In this document: positions 57,257 to 64,000 of the stretch, piece by piece | Numbering within the stretch: position 1 is the stretch's first letter | Layout: the number at the start of each line of letters is the position of its first letter | Assembly (NCBI GenBank): GCA_050015075.1 | Contig: JBEKCB010000001.1 | Location: forward strand, 64,001 to 128,000 | Source of the DNA: Candidatus Brocadiia bacterium | Lineage (GTDB): Bacteria; Planctomycetota; Brocadiia; CAIUPP01 | Reading direction: 5' to 3' | Length of the DNA: 64,000 nt | Notes under the pieces: model-generated | Told to the model about the DNA's origin: nothing | Database searches by the model: none | Seen by the model: the letters and a program-made list of their open reading frames with translations, nothing else | Translations under genes and position numbers: made by a program

Positions 57257-58153
57257 CTATTGCTGCAACTGAGAATACTGGTTGTAGGATCCGTAGAGAA
57301 GCGTGTTGCAGTTGACCAGGTAAGCGTCGGTGTCGGCGTTCCAATAGACCTGACCGGCGCCAGAGGTACCGTACGCGATGTTGCTCACGCCGCCCTCGAC
57401 GAAGATGTTGTCAATGGGGTCGTTGGAGACGTAGTTCGCCGTCTTCCACTCGACGCTCCCATCCACATAAAGGACGTTCTGTCCACCATCATGGTTCTGG
57501 TCGGACGTGTCGTGATTACTCTGCCACGAACCATCCCAGTCAGACATGATCGCCATGTTGGACACGGCGGCCTGGTAGATGCGCGGGTCGTAGCCGTAGC
57601 TGCTCGCCCTGACTTGTGCATTGATGATGCTGACAGGCAGGTTGCTCGTCAGGGTCCAGTTGCGCTGCGACCACAAGAACAACGGCTGGTTCTGCTGGAA
57701 CGTTCCGCTCGTGACGACAGTCGTGATGCCGAAGGGCGTGTTCACCACGAACGAGGGCGCATCTTCAGTAGACGGGCACTTGAAGATCCTCGGCGTGCTG
57801 ATGTACTGCGGATAGAGGCATCCAAGGCTTGTGCCAGGATCACACATCGCTGCGGTATTCCCCTGACCGGGAACCGTGGTGTACGTCTGGAGGGCGCCCC
57901 ACTGGCCGATATACGGCTGCGGGCCACCCGGTCCACTGGCCGGACCCCAGGCGAACGGGAATGAATCCCCGTAGTTCTGGGTATAGGCAGCTATGCCTTT
58001 GCCGACCTGCGACAGGTTCTCCTTGCAGTTGGCCTTTCGTGCCTCTTCACGCGCCCTTGCTAATGCCGGCAGTAACATACCGGCGAGAATAGCAATGATA
58101 GCGATCACGACCAAGAGCTCGATCAGAGTAAATGCTGATAGCCACTTTCTCAT
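57257..58153 (-). CDS. Prepilin-type N-terminal cleavage / H-X9-DG protein (DUF1559-like)
   Basis: [51 protein letters not shown]; GGAGGTG RBS. Confidence 0.92.
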   Translation of the reverse strand: MRKWLSAFTLIELLVVIAIIAILAGMLLPALARAREEARKANCKENLSQVGKGIAAYTQNYGDSFPFAWGPASGPGGPQPYIGQWGALQTYTTVPGQGNTAAMCDPGTSLGCLYPQYISTPRIFKCPSTEDAPSFVVNTPFGITTVVTSGTFQQNQPLFLWSQRNWTLTSNLPVSIINAQVRASSYGYDPRIYQAAVSNMAIMSDWDGSWQSNHDTSDQNHDGGQNVLYVDGSVEWKTANYVSNDPIDNIFVEGGVSNIAYGTSGAGQVYWNADTDAYLVNCNTLLYGSYNQYSQLQQ

Positions 58154-58225
58154 TTGATTTCACCTCCTCTCCATTTTTTTCCTTAACATCCCCTGCCATG
58201 CTTCTGAGACACCCCAAGCGGGTGT

Positions 58226-58253
58226 ATTATAGCTCGCCCCAATGCCATGTCAA
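58226..58253 (-). promoter_or_regulatory. Consensus sigma70 promoter of the prepilin-like gene
   Basis: Minus strand TTGACA-N16-TATAAT. Confidence 0.7.
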
Positions 58254-58339
58254 CAGAAATTTCACAAAAATCTGGCCCGCGCGACGGTGCCGCCCAGGCC
58301 CGTCTTGAGAACGGATCGGAGGGGCCGTATAATGCGCTC

Positions 58340-60229
58340 ATGCCGGCTGGCGAAACTGGACGTGCCAGTTCCGCAACGACCCTTCGGCCCGGTGCAGCGG
58401 CCTTGACCATGCCTTCAACCCCTGTCTGTCAAGCGATCACAGGCCGTGAACCTCCCGCGGAACCGCGCCGCCGCGCCTTGCTGGCGGTCGCCATCGTGGC
58501 GGTCACGCTGCTGGCTTACATTCCGGCAATGCGCGGCGGGTTCTTCTGGGACGACGAAATCTTTCTCACGCACAATAAGCTCATCGCGTCCGCGGATGGG
58601 CTCCGCCAATTCTGGTTGACGACGCAGGCGCCGGACTATTTCCCGCTCACCTCCAGCGTGCTCTGGGTCGAATGGCGGCTCTGGGGAAACCATGCCGCAG
58701 GCTACCACGTCGTCAACGTGCTGCTTCATGCGCTCGCCGCGGTGCTGCTCTGGCGAGTGCTGCTGCGGCTGCGCATTCCCGGCGCGTGGCTGGCCGGGCT
58801 TCTCCTGGGCGTCCATCCGGTGGCCGCGGCTTCCGCCGCATGGATCGCCGAGCTGAAGAACACCCTGGCCATGGTCCTTTATCTCCTGTCGCTTCTGGCC
58901 TGGCTGGCGTACGACGAGCGCGGCGGATGGCGATTGTACGTTCCGGCGCTTGCGCTGTTTCTGCTGGCGCTGCTGGCGAAGACCTCGGTGGTCATGCTGC
59001 CGCTGGTCCTGCTGCTGTGCGCCTGGTGGCGGCGTGGAGAAGTTTCCAGGAAGGACCTCGTGCGCAGCGCGCCGTTCTTCGCGCTGTCGCTGGCGTTGGG
59101 ACTGGCGACGATCTGGTTCCAGCGATATAGGTCCATCGGCTCCGGTGAAATCGTCCAGCCCGAGGACGTGGCCTCGCGCGTTGCCGCGGCCGGGTGGATC
59201 GTCTGGTTTTACCTTTTCAAGCTCCTGCTGCCGGCGGGCCTCTGCGTCATCTATCCGCGCTGGAGCGTTGACGGCTCGAGCGCGCTCGCATTTCTGCCGC
59301 TCGCCCTTCTGATCGCCGTTGCGGCATGGCTCTGGGCGAACCGGAAAAGCTGGGGCCGCGGGCCGCTCTTCGCGCTGGCGTACTTCACCATCACGCTGTT
59401 GCCGGTGCTCGGGTGGGTGGATATGGCGTTCCTGAGGTTCTCGCTGGTCGCCGACCATCTCCAATACACGGCGATGATCGGGGTCATTGCGTTGGTCTCC
59501 GGCGTCGCGGCCTCCGCCGGTTCGATAAGCCGGCCGAAGGGCTTGGCGAGCAAGCTTGCGGCCGCCGCGTGTGTGGCGGTCCTGGGAGTCCTGACCTGGG
59601 ATCGCGCCGCGCTCTATGCCGACGAGCCGAGCCTTTGGCAGGACAACCTGGCCCGGAACCCTTCGGCCTCAATCGCCTGGGACAACCTGGGGCTCGCGCG
59701 CAGCCGCGTGGGCCGATACGACGAAGCGGTACGGTGCTTCGACCGGGAGCTTGAATTGTCCTCCAGCCGCGCCAAAGTGTACAACAACCGCGCGCTCGCT
59801 TACGCCGGGATGGGCCGCTACGATCTGGCTGTCAGTGACTACGACAGGGCTCTCGCCTTGGACCCGCGCCTCGACAGGGCCTGGAACAACCTCGCGCTCG
59901 CCCGCATTGCCCTGCGCCAGTACGACCTGGCCGTCCGCGACTGCACGCAGGCGATACTATTGAACGCCGATTATATGGAGGCCTATTACACGCGCGCCAC
60001 CGCCTGGCAGGACGCCGGCCGCTCCGCCGAGGCCGTTCAGGACTACGACCAGGTCATCGCTCTGAAGCCGGACTTCGCCGAGGCGTACAATAATCGCGCC
60101 GTCGCCCATTATCGGTTGAAGGCTTACGACAAGGCCTGGGCGGATGTGAAAATGTTTGTGCAGTTGGGCGGACAGCCCAATCCCGAATTCATCAAGGCGC
60201 TGAACCAGGCCGCAGGGAACGTGAAGTAG
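58340..60229 (+). CDS. TMTC-like membrane glycosyltransferase with C-terminal TPRs
   Basis: FFWDD, YHVVNVLLH, VHP, LLAKT, ADHLQY, then TPRs. TTGAGA-N17-TATAAT at 58305-58333 puts the start at 58340 or 58409. Confidence 0.85.
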   Translation: MPAGETGRASSATTLRPGAAALTMPSTPVCQAITGREPPAEPRRRALLAVAIVAVTLLAYIPAMRGGFFWDDEIFLTHNKLIASADGLRQFWLTTQAPDYFPLTSSVLWVEWRLWGNHAAGYHVVNVLLHALAAVLLWRVLLRLRIPGAWLAGLLLGVHPVAAASAAWIAELKNTLAMVLYLLSLLAWLAYDERGGWRLYVPALALFLLALLAKTSVVMLPLVLLLCAWWRRGEVSRKDLVRSAPFFALSLALGLATIWFQRYRSIGSGEIVQPEDVASRVAAAGWIVWFYLFKLLLPAGLCVIYPRWSVDGSSALAFLPLALLIAVAAWLWANRKSWGRGPLFALAYFTITLLPVLGWVDMAFLRFSLVADHLQYTAMIGVIALVSGVAASAGSISRPKGLASKLAAAACVAVLGVLTWDRAALYADEPSLWQDNLARNPSASIAWDNLGLARSRVGRYDEAVRCFDRELELSSSRAKVYNNRALAYAGMGRYDLAVSDYDRALALDPRLDRAWNNLALARIALRQYDLAVRDCTQAILLNADYMEAYYTRATAWQDAGRSAEAVQDYDQVIALKPDFAEAYNNRAVAHYRLKAYDKAWADVKMFVQLGGQPNPEFIKALNQAAGNVK

Positions 60230-60230
60230 C

Positions 60231-62414
60231 GTGGAACCCGATATCGGAACCGAGAATCTTTTCGCGCGACGGCGATTCCTTTGGGCTGCGCTGGCCATCG
60301 TCGTCGCGGCGGCGGCGGCGTATTTCAACAGTCTCCACGGTGTCTTCGTCTTTGACGACAAGACCAGTATCGTGGAGAACCCCGTCATCCGCCAACTCTG
60401 GCCGCTCGGGCCTGTCTTCCGCGGGCCCAGGCCGGTGGCGGATCTGACGTTCGCCGCCAACTACGCAATCGGCGATTTCCACGTGATCGGGTACCACCTC
60501 GTCAACCTCGCCGTGCACATCCTCGCTGCCTTGACGCTCTTCGGGATCGTCCGCCGGACGCTCTCTCTTCCGCCCCTGGCGGAACGGTTCGGCTCGGCCG
60601 CGTCCGCGCTGGCGCTGGCCGTGGCGCTCCTCTGGATGGTCCACCCGCTGCAGACCGAATCGGTGACTTATATCGTCCAGCGCGCCGAATCGCTGATGGG
60701 ACTGTTCTACCTGCTTGCGCTCTACTGCGCGATTCGCGGCTTCTCCTCGCCGAACCATCGAGGGCCGTGGCATGCGGCCGCCGTCGCGGCCTGCGCTCTC
60801 GGCATGGGCGTCAAACCTGTGATGGTCTCCGCGCCGCTCGTCATCCTCGCGTACGATCGCCTCTTCATGAGCCCCTCGTTGAAAGCGGCGCTGCGGCGTT
60901 CCGCACCGCTGTACCTGGGCCTCGCGGCCACATGGCTGATCCTGGCTCTTCTGGTCTCGCGATATCCGGCCCAGCAGCCCACCGCCGGGTTCGGGATGGA
61001 GCTGCTGACGCCATGGCAGTACGCGCGGACGCAATTTGGCGTCATTGTCCATTACCTCGCGCTGTCGTTCCGGCCGTGGCCGCTGTGCCTTGATTACGGC
61101 TGGCCGGTCGCCTGGGACGTGCGGGACATTCTGCCGCCGGCGTTGCTCGTGCTGGCGCTCGCCGGCGCGACGATCGCCTGTCTGTGGCGCGCTTCGCCGC
61201 TGGCGTTTCCGGGCGTCTGGTTCTTCCTCATTCTGGCGCCGACCTCGAGCATCATGCCGATCCACGACCTGTGCTTTGAGCATCGCATGTACCTGCCGCT
61301 GGCGGCGGTGGTCGCATTGGCGGTCACGGGCGCGTACGTCCTGGGCCGGCGCGCGCTCGAGCTCGCTGTCCCCGCCGAACGCCGCGAGTCCCGCCGGCGG
61401 CTCGGGACGGCGATCGCCGTGATTTCCTGCCTGGTGGTCGCCGGATTCCTGGGCGGCCTGACGTTCCTGCGCAATCAGCTTTATGAGAACGAGGCGACGA
61501 TCTGGAAGGACGTCACGATCCATCGCCCGCGGAACGCGCGGGCCTTCTACAACCTCGGCGCCGCCCTGGTCAATCAAAACCGGAACGAGGAGGCCATCCC
61601 GTATCTCCTCCATGCGCTCGAGATCAAACAGGGCTACCCCGCCACGCGCGAGAACCTGGGCTTGACGCTCACCGAGGCCGGACGCGCCGGCGCTCACAAC
61701 GCGTTGGGCATAGCGCTTTCGGAACTCGGGCGGTTCGATGAAGCGATGGGGCACTTCGCCGAGGGGTTGGCCTTGCAGCCGAATGACGCCTCCGCGCAGT
61801 GCCATTTCGGGAATACGCTCGTCGCGCTCGGGAAAGCGCCGGAGGCTGTCGCCCACTATCGCGAAGCGATCCAGTTGCGGCCGGAATTCGCCGACGCGCA
61901 CTACAACCTCGCGAGGGCGCTCGCCGACCAGGGACGACCGGACGAAGCGGTCATCGAGTACGAACAGACGCTCCAGTTGGCGCCCGCTAACGGCCAGGCG
62001 CACAATAACCTCGGACGGCTTCTGGCGCTCCAAGGCCGGCCGGCCGAGGCGATCGCGCACTACCGGGAAGCTCTCCGGCTCCTGCCGGCTGCGCCGGTCG
62101 TGCAGGCGAATCTGGCGTGGCTCCGGGCCACGTGCGCAGACCCAAAGTTTCGCGACGCCGGCGAGGCGCTGCGCCTCGCCCGCGAGCAGGCCGGCGCCGG
62201 GACCGCCCGCGCGCTCGACGTGCTGGCAGCGGCCTGCGCGGAAGCAGGATTCTTCGACGAGGCCGTCACCGCCGCGCGCCAGGCGATCCAGGCCGCCGAC
62301 CGGGGCGGAAAGAAGACCTCGTCGGCGGAAATTCAAGACCGCCTCAAGCTTTACGAATCCCACAGGCCATACCGGGAGCCGGTCGCCGCGCAAGCACCTC
62401 GGATCGAGTCGTGA
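60231..62414 (+). CDS. TMTC-like membrane glycosyltransferase with C-terminal TPRs
   Basis: FVFDD, YHLVNLAVH, VHPLQTESVTYIVQRAE, EHRMYLP, multiple TPRs. Confidence 0.88.
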   Translation: MEPDIGTENLFARRRFLWAALAIVVAAAAAYFNSLHGVFVFDDKTSIVENPVIRQLWPLGPVFRGPRPVADLTFAANYAIGDFHVIGYHLVNLAVHILAALTLFGIVRRTLSLPPLAERFGSAASALALAVALLWMVHPLQTESVTYIVQRAESLMGLFYLLALYCAIRGFSSPNHRGPWHAAAVAACALGMGVKPVMVSAPLVILAYDRLFMSPSLKAALRRSAPLYLGLAATWLILALLVSRYPAQQPTAGFGMELLTPWQYARTQFGVIVHYLALSFRPWPLCLDYGWPVAWDVRDILPPALLVLALAGATIACLWRASPLAFPGVWFFLILAPTSSIMPIHDLCFEHRMYLPLAAVVALAVTGAYVLGRRALELAVPAERRESRRRLGTAIAVISCLVVAGFLGGLTFLRNQLYENEATIWKDVTIHRPRNARAFYNLGAALVNQNRNEEAIPYLLHALEIKQGYPATRENLGLTLTEAGRAGAHNALGIALSELGRFDEAMGHFAEGLALQPNDASAQCHFGNTLVALGKAPEAVAHYREAIQLRPEFADAHYNLARALADQGRPDEAVIEYEQTLQLAPANGQAHNNLGRLLALQGRPAEAIAHYREALRLLPAAPVVQANLAWLRATCADPKFRDAGEALRLAREQAGAGTARALDVLAAACAEAGFFDEAVTAARQAIQAADRGGKKTSSAEIQDRLKLYESHRPYREPVAAQAPRIES

Positions 62415-62675
62415 CCCGGCGCATGAGCGCCGTCTTGCTCCTCTGCGTTCTCGCCACCGCCGCCGGCAACGCTGCGCCGGCCGTGACATAACCGACTGCC
62501 GCCCTGCGCCTTACGACACGTCAAGCGCCTCACGGCCGTTCGACGAGCTCGCCTGTCACGCCACGAGTTCCCCTGCGCCCAAACTGGCGCAACAGCACCC
62601 GGCTAATCTCCGCGCGTTGCGCCAGCCACGCATCTCACGTGCTCCGGCGCCACATCGCCCCGCGGCTAAACTACG

Positions 62676-62839
62676 GTTCATAATCTGAACACCTGCCCGC
62701 GCGCCCGACGCTCGCGCCCTTTTCGGTCCGATGTTCATATTATGAACGCGCCTTCACCGGCCCCCGTCCCGGCCCCCGTCCCGGCCGCCTTCGAACGCAT
62801 GATGTTCATGGAATGAACGCGTTAGTTCACTATCTGAAC
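62676..62839. promoter_or_regulatory. Cluster of four GTTCA-N5-TGAAC palindromes (putative protein-binding array)
   Basis: Sites at 62676-62690, 62733-62747, 62804-62818 and 62825-62839. Confidence 0.6.
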
Positions 62840-62880
62840 ACTCCGAATTGCAGGAACCATGCGCCTCCGCTCTTGATCGG

Positions 62881-63162
62881 CTACCGGGCTATGGTGAATT
62901 CGGAGAATTCGCCTGTGGCGGGGACGCCCCTCTTGTCCACGCTTCGGATATACGGCGCCATCGCGTTGTTCACAGCCGCGATGAACGCGCTCACCTGTTC
63001 CTCCGGACCTTCCGCTACGACCTCAACTCGACCGTCCGCCAGGTTGCGGACGAAACCGGCCATTTCGGGAAAGCGTTCAGCAATGGCAACGCTGGTATAG
63101 CGGAATCCGACGCCCTGCACACGGCCGGAGAAATATGCCTCGATCCTCACCTTCGCAGCCAT
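62881..63162 (-). CDS. acyP: Acylphosphatase
   Basis: GRVQGVGFR, GFVRNLADGRVEVVAEG; start at ATG 63162. Confidence 0.93.
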   Translation of the reverse strand: MAAKVRIEAYFSGRVQGVGFRYTSVAIAERFPEMAGFVRNLADGRVEVVAEGPEEQVSAFIAAVNNAMAPYIRSVDKRGVPATGEFSEFTIAR

Positions 63163-63316
63163 CTTCGCCTCCCAAGAGCATGACTCTATCAACGCCGGGC
63201 TGTATTTGCAAGCTGGCGACGCGGAAAAATGGTTGCATCTGCCGGCGTCCGTATGTATAGTTAGTCCGGCGTTGCGTGCGTTGCCGGCCAGGTTCAATGG
63301 GTGAAAGGCAGATGTC

Positions 63317-64000
63317 ATGAGCGAGCGAAGACTTGGGCGAGGGCTGGAATCGCTGCTCGGGAATTTGAAAGAAGAGGCGCCTCGCGCTGCGCCTTCGTCC
63401 GGCGGGGTCCAGAGAGTTCCGATTGAGAAGATCCGGGCGAACCCGCAGCAGCCACGCACCGCTTTTGCCGAGCGCGAGTTGTCCGAATTGGCGGAATCCG
63501 TCAGAGCAGTCGGCATCCTTCAGCCGCTGATCGTTCGGCCCGAGGGCGACGGCTACCAGTTGATCGCGGGCGAGCGCCGGCTGCGGGCGGCGAAAATGGC
63601 TGGGCTCGAAACCGTGCCTATTATCGAACGAATCGCGAGCGATGACGAGCTGCTCACGCTGGCCCTTGTCGAGAACCTCCAGCGCGAGGACCTCAACCCC
63701 ATCGAGAAAGCCAAGGGCTTCAAGGAACTCATCGAAAGGCATAACTTGACCCAGGAGGCCGCCGCAAAGCGGCTCGGCAAGGAACGCTCTACGATGGCGA
63801 ATTTCATTCGACTGCTCGATCTCCCGGAGGCGGTCCAGCACATTGTTTCACGTGGAACAATTTCCATGGGACATGCCAGGGCGCTTCTCGGCCTTCCTCA
63901 TCCCTCGATGCAGCAGGCCCTGGCTCTCCGCATCGAGGCCGAAGGCCTGTCCGTCCGGGAAGTCGAGCGCATTGCCATATCCTACCGCACCGAAGAAAAG
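63317..64000 (+). CDS. parB: Chromosome partitioning protein ParB/Spo0J, 3'-truncated by window edge (absent from ORF track)
   Basis: Own translation: MSERRLGRGLESLL...NPQQPR...GILQPLIVR...LIAGERRLRAA...ENLQREDLNPIE...ISMGHARALL. Confidence 0.95.
   Translation, partial: MSERRLGRGLESLLGNLKEEAPRAAPSSGGVQRVPIEKIRANPQQPRTAFAERELSELAESVRAVGILQPLIVRPEGDGYQLIAGERRLRAAKMAGLETVPIIERIASDDELLTLALVENLQREDLNPIEKAKGFKELIERHNLTQEAAAKRLGKERSTMANFIRLLDLPEAVQHIVSRGTISMGHARALLGLPHPSMQQALALRIEAEGLSVREVERIAISYRTEEK
63844..63859. other. parS centromere site within parB
   Basis: TGTTTCACGTGGAACA, matching the canonical chromosomal parS consensus. Confidence 0.85.

Noticed and set aside
4867-62489. Many long alternative-frame or antisense ORFs (e.g. 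4867-6669 -, 17118-19340 +, 17260-19392 -, 24282-26348 -, 41121-43160 +, 60192-62489 -)
   Set aside because: They shadow well-supported genes, are Arg/Ala/Gly/Pro-rich without motifs, and are expected in high-GC DNA with few stop codons.
62414-62881. oriC call or LexA-box call for the palindrome region
   Set aside because: I found no TTATCCACA-type DnaA boxes or AT-rich unwinding element, and the geometry does not match the LexA boxes I know (GAAC-N4-GTTC, GTTC-N7-GTTC, TGTTC-N4-GAACA).
17212-63162. A coordinated acetylation regulon (acetate-CoA ligase, macro domain, deacetylase, acylphosphatase)
   Set aside because: The genes are scattered over 45 kb in separate transcription units with no shared motif seen.
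1-64000. tRNA, rRNA, tmRNA, riboswitch, transposase or prophage genes
   Set aside because: None recognized by eye; a covariance-model scan would be needed to exclude small RNAs.

Overview
High-GC bacterial chromosome segment. Planctomycetota-like by inference: it carries H-X9-DG prepilin-like genes, a Gld-type ABC/DUF4340 operon, an FHA-GAF-sigma54 activator, TMTC-like TPR proteins and lpxH. Most of the window is housekeeping: mutS, mreBCD-mrdA, ADP-forming acetate-CoA ligase, comEC, glgP, thiL/ribE/pdxA/rsmA, rpmH, ndk, dusB, an ECF sigma/anti-sigma pair, lpxH, acylphosphatase, and a truncated parB with an internal parS. A small accessory patch at about 23.5-30.6 kb holds a direct-repeat-flanked glycosyltransferase pair, a duplicated HExxE protein, a GIY-YIG nuclease and two TA modules. 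I saw no rRNA, tRNA, CRISPR array, integrase or transposase. The best leads are: (1) a stand-alone lipoprotein C39 peptidase paired with a small secreted precursor-like protein; (2) four GTTCA-N5-TGAAC palindromes between convergent genes near parB; (3) a PP2C domain with degenerate metal ligands fused to an intact anti-sigma kinase; (4) a 2.9-kb cassette bounded by a duplicated gene 3' end; (5) many 6-9-mer tandem or inverted intergenic repeats and REP-like elements, one of them in frame inside a gene. All calls come from reading motifs by eye; no database searches were run.
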